Source of the DNA: Nemertoderma westbladi
Lineage: Eukaryota; Animalia; Xenacoelomorpha
Length of the DNA stretch: 64,000 nucleotides
NCBI GenBank assembly: GCA_032718475.1
Contig: JAUCBJ010000090.1
Coordinates: forward strand, 18,096 to 82,095
Direction: 5' to 3'
Both the position numbers and the translations under genes were made by a program. The notes under the pieces were generated by a model. It searched no databases. It was not told the DNA's origin and saw only the letters and a program-made list of their open reading frames with translations. Numbering within the stretch: the first letter of the stretch is position 1; each line of letters starts with the position of its first letter. This document shows positions 13,080-23,702 of the stretch, piece by piece.

Positions 13080-13663
13080 TGTGAGCGTATTCAATTCCGC
13101 TACCAAGCCCCATAAAGTGAGCTTTAAGCAATATTGGGAACACGAGGTTGATATCCAATATCAACCTCGTATCACCCCAATAAAGTGGGGACAAGAGAAC
13201 CCCAGAGGACATACGCACAACAGGGGTCAGGGGTTACACCCCTGAGAGAGAGAGGGAATAACAGGAGCAACGGGAAACACTCCAGGGAAGGTGAAGGGGC
13301 GACAATTAGGTTATTAGCCAAAAGGGGGGAAGCATCGACTGGGTAGATCAATATGGCCAACCGTGCAATATATTACCGGTCCATGCATTATTTCATTCAC
13401 TTGTAGTAAGTCAGCTAGTTAGGACAGTAGCGGAACTCTAGTTACCGTCTCCGCCTACAGTCACCAGTACATATCATTTACCAGTACATTATATCATACA
13501 TCAAGCATCTGTGCTATTATCTTTACTATATTGTATTCCAAACCCATATACACTGATCAATCAATAACTCAGAACTACTCTTTATATCTTTCACACACGG
13601 TGGGGACGCGTAAGCTAGAAACCAAAACCGGATAAACCGGGATCCTCCGTAGATCCCGTCACA
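13080..13663 (+). repeat. 3' LTR of the inner element
   Basis: TGTGAG...TCACA, preceded by PPT GGGGGGGAG. Confidence 0.92.
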
Positions 13664-15051
13664 ACCCCCACGTCCGTACGGTTACACCAGTCCTGAGTCT
13701 GTCGTCCGGTTCCTGTAAGTGGGGTATTAACAAACGTTTCCATTACTTCTGGCTCCTCGTAAACACTACCCGAACCAGCCTCACTCTCTGATAATCCCAA
13801 CTAATCCAAAGATAATCCAGTTCTAACCGGCACTTTTGCTTCGCCTGGTATTGAATAAGCCCCCTTAGCCGGGTATGCATATCATCAAGCATACGCTTAC
13901 ACGCTCTCTCTCTCTCTCTATCCTCTCTCAAACTTTGGTTGGCCAACTCTGCCTCTCTCGCAATCCTCTCAACCCTCCTCGCTTCACGCTCCTTGCGCTC
14001 ATTCGCCTCTCGCTCTTTGTGCTCGCTCCTCTCTCTCGCCTCTCGCTCTTTGCGCTCGTTCTTCTCTCTCTCCTCTCGCTCTTTGCCCTCCCTTATTTCT
14101 CTCTCCTCACCCTCCCTAAAGTTTCTCGCCACCCTCTCAGCCCTCTCTTTGCATTCCCTCGCTAACTCTCTCTCTTTCTCTAATAATGCGGTTCCCTCAT
14201 CCAGTTGCCTCTCCAACTCCTTCTGATCCAGCGCCACCATGTCTAGTTGACACGCCAGATCTATCTCTAACACCCTTCTTGCTTTTGCGGAGGATGTAGC
14301 GGACTCCCGTCGCCTCCCTGTCCTACTAACTTTCCCCCGCTTTCTGGGGTTCTTGCTAACTGACAACACCGAATCCTCGGGGTTAACCTCGGGTTCGCCA
14401 TCGTGCGAGTCCACCCATCCCACTAACTTAATTCCCCTAGCATCCACTAAGTAAGGCCCTACGTACACTACGTCAGGCTCCATTATCCCGGACTGCCACA
14501 ATTCAAACATTTCCGTGGCGACCAACCCTCGCTCTCTCACTCGCCAGTTCTCCCTGTCCGAAACGGACCAAATAATGAAAGTGTTTATTCGACTCACCTA
14601 GCCTCTGGTATAGTTTAGGCTGGTATACCTTTCTCCCCTCCTTGGCCTCTTTGAGTAGTTTCTTGGTGGCGTTGTAGGCCCGTTGTAGCCGATCACTGGT
14701 CCCGACGTCCTCTTCGCCAACTCTACCTTCTCTCCTCGTCCGGCGTTGTACCGGCGGCCCCACCATCGCCGTTCCGGTGGGCCGTCCGTCGGCCTGTGGC
14801 TGGCCGGCGACTTCGGTACTCCGACCGCCGTAGTGCGTCGACTCGTCTCTCCCTCGTGGTTGACGGCCGCCCTCCGCTTGGGCCATCGGATCGTACCTGG
14901 TTGGCAAATCCGGTGTGGTGGGCCGATACTGTGGCATCGCAGCCTCACGGATCGTTTGGTTGGTGTCGTCCGGGGTCCGCGGCGGTGTCCTCTCTCCCTC
15001 TGGATCTTGGGACTCCTGATCGCTCATCTTCTCTCGCTGTCTTGCAGTCAC
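13664..15051 (-). pseudogene. N-terminal gag region of the outer element (coiled-coil), frameshifted
   Basis: ORFs 14503-15051 and 13743-14597; homologous to inner-element 7418-8560 (RLGESN..YLVRFGQ.ELASERAR, YxGPYLVDAR). Confidence 0.75.
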
Positions 15052-15090
15052 AGTGTTAGTTGGTCAGTTTATGGCTCGGCAGTTTATGAC

Positions 15091-15758
15091 TGTGACGGTA
15101 TCCTAAGATCCCGACCGGGTTAGATTTGTACGCGTCACCATTCTGCTGGGCAGTCATGCTAGTTCGCTTTGGCCGAACGCCCTTGGGGAAAACAATAAGG
15201 GTTTCTGTTGTTTCTCAATATCGATAGTCCAAATGATAATAGCACAATCGGTCAATCGGTAATGATACAGATGTAATAGCAGAAAATACACAGATTAATT
15301 GCTGATGTTAGTGGCGGTGACAGTCATCAACTATGACCGGTCTGCAACTGAGTAACTGAATCAACTGACCGGTAAATCAGTAATGTAGGATAATATATGA
15401 TTAACGCACACGAATATTGATTTTACCTCTTACTTTACTTGGCCCTCTGTACCCAGTGGATGATCTCCTATCTCTAATCATGTGCTTCCCTCCCCGCTAT
15501 TGGCTAATATACTAATTGTCACTTTGGCACTCCCCATGAGTGTTTCCCCCCGCTGCTAGCCTCTACTAGCTGTATTCCTTCCGAGGTGGTTTGACCTCTC
15601 ACCTCTCTCTGTGGCTTTAGGGCTTGTGTCCCCCCCCCCCCACAATGTTGGTTATGAGGCGAGATTAATATTGGTAATCTCGTATCCCCAACTTATTGGT
15701 AAAATGCCACTGATCCCATTTTCTGGTGGGTAATGAAGTGGAATTGAATCCGCTTACA
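15091..15758 (-). repeat. 5' LTR of the outer element
   Basis: Direct repeat of 2305-2962, flanked by the TSD. Confidence 0.92.
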
Positions 15759-16615
15759 TACCTCTGCTGGGATTTCATATAATCCACTCGCTTTATTATT
15801 GGACATACTTTTAATGCTTCTTTGGAGTTCGGCAGGTGTGAAGTCCCCTGTTTCTATAGGTAGTTTATTTTCATATATTTTCCTTGTAGGGCTGACCTCG
15901 ATGTTTGGTGGCTGCCCAAGCAAGTTGCTGAAGTGGTTTTACACTTCCCAACACGTTCTTCAGGACTATGGGCTTTGAGGCGCCCCTTTGCACAACTTTT
16001 CCGACCAGATACCTCATTTACAGTTTGCCATGTAAGTCTTGATTGTTGCTGTATGTGAGCAGTTGTAATTGCTTCAGTTTTATCCTGTATGTACTTTTCC
16101 TGGCTGATGTTGTAGGCCAATTTAAGATCGTCCTTAGCTTTCTCAACCTTGTTAATGTTTTCAGTTGTTGGTTGTTCGGTTTTAACTTTGTAGGCTATCT
16201 TAAGATCTTCTCTCTTACAAGTAACCTCAGAGTTTTGCCATGGCACATTCTGTTTTCGTTTGGGTTTCTGGGGGATATGCCTCTTAGATGATTCCTTGTG
16301 GGCTGTTATTATATTCTGGTATATTGAATTGGTGAATTGGTCTTCATCCATTGACTGAAGTGCTTCAAAGCGGTTTTGAACTTCTACTGTATAAGCATCC
16401 TTTAGAGCATTGTCAGTCACTGAGCCTCTCACTGAGTTTCTCCCAGTCATATTTGATTTGCTTGCTTGTCCTTGGTTTGCTGGCTCTCAAACTGAGTCTG
16501 ATCTCTGCAGTCACAATTCTGTGGTCCGAACCAATTAGGTTGAACGAGCTGTATGCCTCGCAGTTGATCATGCTGTTTCTCCACTTTTTGTTTATAAGGA
16601 TGTAATCCAGTTGTC
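15759..16615 (-). mobile_element. Same RTE-like LINE, 5' part (AP-endonuclease C-terminus and linker), 5'-truncated
   Basis: LDYILINKKWRNS...GSDHRIV endonuclease end; NNKASG.YEIPAEV just before the insertion point; frameshifted. Confidence 0.88.
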
Positions 16616-17521
16616 AATAGACAACATCAGTAGAATTACAGGAAAACAATTAATATGTGCCTGGATTGAAAATTATACAAGACATTCATTATTTAAATGT
16701 ACCTTCCCGCGTTAAATTTTAATGCGGTTTTAAAGAACTATTATTTATTCAGTTCTTGTTGGGAGAACCATGTGAACGACCACCTAAATTTGTATAAAAT
16801 TTTGGATAATAATTTAACAATTTAACATTCGCATTTTTTGAAATTTTTTTGCTCTACTAGAAAATAGACATGTTGAACATGTAATTATTACGCTTCTAAT
16901 GCATTTTTGAACGAATTTACAAGTATGCGAGGTGGGGTTCAAGTCTCCCACCCTAGGTGTCAAGTCTCCCCCCCCCCCCCCCCCCCATTGAGGGAGACGT
17001 GACGCTTTTTCGAAAATAAGAATAATTGGTTTAATTAAAAAAGTTTAAAAGTTGAAATTCTCAAACTCTCACATAGTGATAGCAATCATAAATCTAAATG
17101 ACGGATTGTGAAAAAGTTAAAACGGCATTGAAAAATTAATTTATCTGTTCTTTAGAGCGATTATAACTTTTGGGGTTCAAGTCTCCCTCACTCACCCTAC
17201 AGTTTAAATTAAAATGTAAATCGATACAGACCGCTATAATTCAAATGTTTACAAAATACCTTTTATTTGTACGGTTTATTTTATTATTAACATGTGTGTT
17301 GTTTAATAGTGGTCTATTTAGTGTAATTAGTACTTTTTTTAACAGTATTATCTTTAGTATTTTTTAACATTACTCTTTTTAGCGACTGCCTTCTTTGATA
17401 TAAATTAATTCTGTATATTACATCCATAAAATATTAAATCTCTAAAATTTGTCGCATGTACAATATGTTAAAAGATAATTAATTAAGTAAAAATATTTTA
17501 AAAGCCCAGTTTGGACATGCC

Positions 17522-17768
17522 GGGTTTAGCATATGGGTTTGTTGGCATGGGTTTCGGGTATGGGTTACGGGTATGGTTTTTTGACATGGGTTTTGGGTAT
17601 GGGTTTTTGGCATGGGTTTCGGGTATGGGGTTCGGATATGGGTTTTTGGCATGGGTATCGGGTATGGGGTTCAGGTATGGGTTTTTGGCATGGGCTTCGG
17701 GTATGGGTTTTGGTTATGGGTTTTTGGCATAGGTTTTGGGTATGGCGTTTGAGTTTGGGTTTTTGGCC
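17522..17768. repeat. Degenerate GGGTAT/GGGTTT-type tandem repeat
   Basis: Repeating GGCATGGGTTTCGGGTATGGG units. Confidence 0.8.
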
Positions 17769-17909
17769 ACGTTTACACCACACAGAATTCGCGACAAGCG
17801 AAAACGATTGTGATTTATTTGATTACATTATCCATCTTTAATCGAATTCTAAACTTTTGGTGTCAACGTTATCCAAGAAGTTGTCACATGTAAACCGGTG
17901 TGCTAGTTT

Positions 17910-18572
17910 CTATTGATTTCCCCTGAAAGACGACTCGGTTTTTTTCGATTTTTCGGATACCGTCTCGCTTTCCCCATGAGAGAAGACTGCATCTGTTGAT
18001 TCTCCGTAGGTTAGTTGTTCTGCTAACTGAGCCTTCCATTGGGTTGTTCCCTGGACTTTAACATTCACTCTTTGGAACCAAGTCTTTACTGCCACCTGCA
18101 GTGAGGTGTCTTGACTTCTCTTTGAGGCTTCTTCGAACACTGACAGGATTAATCTTATCCGCAGTATCCGTTCTCTTACTTGGTATAGCAGTTCTCCTTG
18201 CTCTGGAGGTTCCAGTTGCCCTCGGAATAACTGCGTTTCCATTCGTCCCAAGGAGTTGAAGAATCCCTGGACATATCCAGCTGCCGACCTCTTCCATACA
18301 GCGGGATCTCTGGTATCTCTAACTACACCCATCTGGTGTAGGTCTTCCCAGGCAGCTTCAGATAAGTTAAACGGTAGTCCGGGTCCGGGAAAGTTCCATT
18401 GATTTTCCACAAGAGACTTTAATTCCTCGAGCGGGTATCCGGCGTAACTATCCCTGGTTGACCGCTTATTTCTTGTCCAGTCTGCTTGATGTTCTTCTAT
18501 GGCTAGAATAACTCGAGTGAGCACCTTTCCAGGAAGAATCAGGAGTAGGTCAGAGTAAGCCACTTCTTCCAT
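17910..18572 (-). CDS. Orphan 220-aa ORF, unknown function (possibly TE-derived)
   Basis: ATG-initiated ORF with protein-like composition in an AT-rich context; no recognised motif. Confidence 0.35.
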   Translation of the reverse strand: MEEVAYSDLLLILPGKVLTRVILAIEEHQADWTRNKRSTRDSYAGYPLEELKSLVENQWNFPGPGLPFNLSEAAWEDLHQMGVVRDTRDPAVWKRSAAGYVQGFFNSLGRMETQLFRGQLEPPEQGELLYQVRERILRIRLILSVFEEASKRSQDTSLQVAVKTWFQRVNVKVQGTTQWKAQLAEQLTYGESTDAVFSHGESETVSEKSKKTESSFRGNQ

Positions 18573-20579
18573 TTCTTGAGCCGGTCTCGGGCGTTAAATC
18601 TTCGGTGCTGGAACTAGGGTCACTAAGTGGTTGAGAGATAACCTCTTGGTCAGGGCGCCGCCGCTGTTCTACAGCCATCGGTTGGTCTCGCTTAACTTGA
18701 GCCCTAGGGCCTACCAGGCTGCAAACCTCCACTGAACCGCGCACAACGCCTGCACACAATTTTTCAGCCGTGCAATATTGGACAATACTGGAGTATTGGA
18801 GAATATATTGGAGAATATTGGAGTGTGATAGTACGTCTCATAGGCTGCCTCATCCTGGGGATATTGGTTGAGTTGATTTGGGATATTGTGCAGAGCTCTA
18901 TTGTGGACCCAGAGGGGAATGTGTCACTCTATTGTTAGGCTTACCGCTAACAGCCTGTATTCACTTAACAGGTAAAACAGCTGTGGTTTACATCTATTTG
19001 GTGCTCTGTGCATGGGGTTTGATATAGGCAGTACTATACCGAGAGTGTAGAGTCCGAGGTTGTGGGTTGGTGTCGGTTTTGTTTTTGTATTTATGTAGTA
19101 TTTCCAGTTATGTATTGTCGCTGATACTTTTAGCAAATGAAACTAAAGTCTGTAACTTTAAGAAATTGTATATTTATGACAAACCATATCGACCCTGAAT
19201 CCCGGGACCTGGGGTGAACTCTCATACATGCACCGAACAAAACACGCACACCACATTTTAACAAAAAAATAAAAAATAAAAAAAATAAAAACATACGCGA
19301 GCGAAGTGAGCAAAATTTTTTTCATTAAGAATGTATAATGAAAAAAAAATGCGAGCGAAGCGAGTGAAATTTTTTGTGGCAAATTATTTTTCTCACTTTG
19401 AACAGTTGCATGCATGTAAACCTTTTTACACCACATCCAGACATCGGCCTGTCCACGCACTTTTATGACTTTTGATATTTTGCACAGATTACTGCGCACT
19501 TTTGTTGTCTTTCACATAAATTTTGCGCACTTTTATTTCAATTCCGCGCACATTTACCAAGCACCATTTCAAATACGCGCACAAGACGTTCGATTTTTGG
19601 ACTTCATTTGCAGCCTGGAGTGCCTATAATAGACCTATGGTGCTTCACTAACCTAGGGTCTGACACAACTACTGTAGGGATGGCCTTTCTTACAGTAGGA
19701 GGAGGGGACTTAGACCTCGGTTGTGGCCTTTCTATACTTTGATATGGGTCACAGATTGTCTGTTCCAAAAGACTATCTGACATTGTTTGTTTTAGGTCAG
19801 ACATAATTAAATCACAGTTGAATGCCTCTCACTATAATAACAGTTAAAGTAAGTCTAGGGAAAATCAGTATCAACTGTCAGTCTTGTAGTTACCAAATAT
19901 TGTTACTCAATGTAACGTGGGTAGATATCGAGTGTTATAATACTGGTATACACCTATTAATAGTATATAACAGTATTACTACAGACTAGGATCAATCACT
20001 GAATACCGGTATATAAGTTTAGCCTAAGTTATATAAATATATAATAAGCTTACGGTAGGCACTGATTATCAATAATTAAATAATAACTGATTATCCGATT
20101 TTAGGAATTATTTCCCTTTTACTCTATTACTGATATTGAGTAATAGGTTCAACTGATAGTAAGACATAATTGATGTATAACAGGCCTACTAATTTATAAA
20201 TCTGATTGAATTAAATTTATAAATATATATACCCATAATGGGTTTTGTCAATTATTGAAATAAATGTTATTATTTCTTTATTCTTTATTAGTACGAAGTC
20301 ACTACACAGAGGTTGGACGCTCTCAGTGGAGTGCTACTTGTTAGACACTAAATACTGATAGTTCTACTTAACTACGTTACTTATCACTACAAATTACTTA
20401 CGTATAACGGGTTGAGATTACACAATCTCTAAATAAACAATAAACAAAGTTACACGTACAATTTTTAGGGTAATTTTACAAGAATTTTACAAACCAGACT
20501 ACCAAGAATTTAGAATTTCTGGTTCTTACAGACTGACAGGGAATTTACATAATTTTGAAACCAATAAAGTAGTATTCAA

Positions 20580-21557
20580 TGTTCGCGGTATTTCAACTTT
20601 TCCTAACGCGAGTTGAATATTTTTTGGATTTATTTAAAATGATTATTCCGATATTACTACTGGGTGCGGGAACATGGGTTTTAGGCACACTCGATGGACT
20701 GGGGGCGATTTATGGGCGAATATTGGGGCGCTTACGGGGTACGGGACTCATTTCATGTATATAAGGGCCAGGGGGGGAAGACAAAGTTAAGCAGTATTCA
20801 GGTTTACCTGATTACTATTAGGCCTAGCCAATTTCCTGCTGCCTGTAGAGGTGGATTTGGTAACTCGCTAGGTCTAAAGGACAAGGACTGCCCTTAGCGG
20901 TCCCTGGCCAACAGCAGTTATTACGAGCCTGAAAAGTACATCGGAAAGTCTGCTGCTTGTGTCAGGGATTTGCGACGGGAAACGACGACAGACCCCGTAG
21001 CCAAGCCGTACTGGTTCTCGATGATCGTTCCCTTCGGGGTTCGTAAGGGGTGGGACGGACACGCGAAAGGGTCGACCGACTAACAGAGGAAGGGTTTGAC
21101 AAGACTGCCCTTAGCGGTCTCTGGTCAACAGCAGTTATTACGAGCCTGAAAAGGACATCGGAAAGTCTGCTGCTTGTGCCAGGGATTTGCGATGGGAACC
21201 GACGACAGACCCCTTAGCCAAGCCGTACTGGTTCTCGATGATCGTTCCCTTCGGGGTTCGTGAGGGGTGGGACGGATACGCAACGGGGTCGAAAGACAAA
21301 GGACTGGACTCTACTGGCCTACCGACTGTTCGGATCAGTTTCTCGGTTGCCGAAGCGACTATGAGCCTGAATAAGGACTCGGAAAGCCTAGGTGGTTGGG
21401 ACTCCACCGCGATGAACCGACTGACCCCTAGCCAAGCCGTACTGGTTCTGGATGATCGAACCCTTCGGGGTTCGGGAGGGGTGGGACGGACACGCGAACG
21501 GGTCCACCGACATGACAGACTCCTAGCCAAGCCGTACTGGTTCTCGATGACCGATGA
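20580..21557 (+). repeat. 5' LTR (3'-truncated) of the exonuclease-bearing element
   Basis: Matches 32153-32905; TATA-like TATATAAG near 20758. Confidence 0.85.
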
Positions 21558-21783
21558 CCTCGATGGAAGTATCGATCACACCCATTGACATAATGCAAGT
21601 TGAGCCAGGAATCTGGCACGTCGAGGTTGAAGTACAAGGAACGAATGTCGGACGATTCAGGATTACCGTTCGAGTAGTCCAAGCTGAGTACGAGAGCTAC
21701 GAAGAACTATTCTACGACATCGCATATCTAGCTATCAACGAGTCGCTAGAATGACAACGAACAACGTCTCCGACACCGATTAG

Positions 21784-23689
21784 ATGGACACCCACACAGA
21801 CTCAGAAGCCGACGAGGTACCGAATATCAAGAACATGACCCGTCGACTAGGTGCTCTCAAAGGCGGAGTCACTCGAGCGTATCAGCGTATAGAGAAACAA
21901 GTCAAGAGAGTCGAAACTCCCCTCAACGAGATACAAACTCAGCTTCAGAATATCCGAAGTATCTTACAACGATATGAGAGGATGATACAGGCGTATCAAG
22001 AACTCATTCCCTCCACCGATCAGGTAAACTACCCCAGGTTAGAAGAACATGTTGTACATCTAGATGAGTTCCGCAAACAACACCGGAGGACCCTCAGCCT
22101 TGTGAGAGGCTACGAAGAACAGTACTACAAGAGAGCTGAAAGAACAGACGCAGAATCGGTGCGAACCTCCAGCACCAGGACAGCAATACATCGAAAGAGA
22201 ACGGGGTCCTCTAGGAACCAGCACTCCAGCGCTAGGAGCGCGGTGTCCGGTTCAGCACATAGCTCTCAAGGGGGTCAGCCACTCCGAGACCAGCTACGAG
22301 AACAGAAGGCATTAGCCCTCAAAGCTCGGATGGAAAATGAGTATGTTCAACTGCGTACCGAGCAAGATGTATTAGCAGCCGAAATGCAAAAACGAGAGGC
22401 CGAACAAGAGGCCGAACGGCAGGTCGAACAACGCGAACAGGAGGCTGAACAGCATAGACGAGACGCCAAACAACGTAAACAGGAGGCTGAAAGGCATAGA
22501 CGAGAGGCCGAACGGCAGGCCGAACAACGTGAACGAGAGGCCAAACAACAGGCCGAACAACGTGAACATGAAGCTGAACAACGTAGACGAGAGGCCAAAC
22601 AAGAGATCGTACAACGTAAATGGGAGGCAGAAATGCGTAAACAACACGCCGAGGCCCAAGCGATTCTCATCCACAAAAAGAATGCGGATATTGCGAAACT
22701 CGCGGAATACGAAGCCGCGCTTATAGAACGAGATATTCAAATATACGAGGACTGGGAAAGGGGTATAGACCAGAACTATGAACCAATACCGATACCAGAA
22801 TTAGAGAAGTCATTAACGACACCGGCGGTGAAACCTCCGAAACCCGAGTTCCCGCCTACCATACAGTCTACATTATCGGCACAAGCACCGGTATTCCATC
22901 CCCCACCGGTTACGCTTAAGAATGAGGAACCTTATACCCCCCCCGAGCGTTCCCAAGTACGAGCCTGAAAAGGACTTGGAATGGGTCGCCACTCCCTGCT
23001 CCAACAACCCGTTTACATCCACACCACAAATCCGTAGCCGAGTCATCATTAAAACACCACCTATCATCGATCCATCGTGTATGGGAGAGAGTGCCAATAA
23101 CTATAACCCTCCTAGTCATTCCGGTTCAGACGACATTGGCATTATCCGGGCATTAGAGAACCGACTGGCCATGCCCAAGATGGAGATCCGCACCTTCGAA
23201 GGAGATCCCGTCGATTACCTCAGATTCATGAAACGGTTTTTCGCCCAGATTGGGTCAACGGACATAGCTGATGCACAAAAAATAGTATATTTATCCCAAT
23301 ACCTGGGTGACAAACCACGCCGGATTATCGCATGCTTTGAGGGAGGAGCTCATGAGGCATACTATGACGCATGGAAAACTCTAGATAAAAGATACGGAAA
23401 TATCGGGACTATAATTAATAAAACTCTCGAGAAACTGATACAGGACGCGGGATCTCTAGGGGACCCACAGAATATCCAGGAATTCTCAGATTCCATGAAG
23501 GATGCCTACTATACTCTAAAACCATTAAATAAGGAGGAACAAGTAAACAACATTCTAAACCTCCGACAGATCGCCCGAAAGTTCCCCGGATGGCTGCAAA
23601 GTAAGTGGGCCTATAAATGCGTAGATCTCCGGCGTAGACACCCAGATCGAGATCCCAGATTCAAGATCGAGATCGAGATTCCTGGATGA
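21784..23689 (+). pseudogene. BEL/Pao gag (coiled-coil plus DUF1759-like capsid), frameshifted near a C8 run
   Basis: MPKMEIRTFEGDPVDY...AWKTLDKRYGN...KFPGWLQSKW. Confidence 0.88.
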
Positions 23690-23702
23690 TATCTCCGAAG
23701 CC

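Larger units (their letters stand above)
6667..13663 (+). mobile_element. BEL/Pao-family LTR element (inner), non-autonomous, related to the outer element
   Basis: LTRs 6667-7267 and 13080-13663, TSD ACCCC (6662-6666, 13664-13668), PPT 13071-13079; gag-derived ORFs only. Confidence 0.92.
2305..15758 (-). mobile_element. BEL/Pao-family LTR retrotransposon (outer element), non-autonomous: gag plus truncated protease, no RT/RH/IN
   Basis: LTRs 2305-2962 and 15091-15758 (TGT...ACA), 5-bp TSD TACCT (2300-2304, 15759-15763), minus-strand PPT at 2963-2969, BEL-type gag. Confidence 0.92.

Noticed and set aside
7219-14226. Many antisense Ser/Leu-rich ORFs
   Set aside because: Shadows of purine-rich gag coiled-coil and repeat sequence
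16930-17202. Possible DNA-transposon end with GGGGTTCAAGTCTCCC subterminal repeats
   Set aside because: No partner TIR or TSD identified; too weak to call
17511-17841. Gly/Phe-rich ORFs
   Set aside because: Translations of a simple tandem repeat
20920-21557. Hammerhead or twister ribozymes in the LTR repeats (CTGAAAAG, CGATGA, AAGCC..GAGGG)
   Set aside because: Could not place a CUGANGA/GAAA/UH core with three stems, or twister pseudoknots; K-turn and tetraloop hairpins fit better
22922-22968. Programmed frameshift in gag
   Set aside because: The shift is +1 at a C8 run in a copy with many other lesions; a homopolymer indel or sequencing error is more likely
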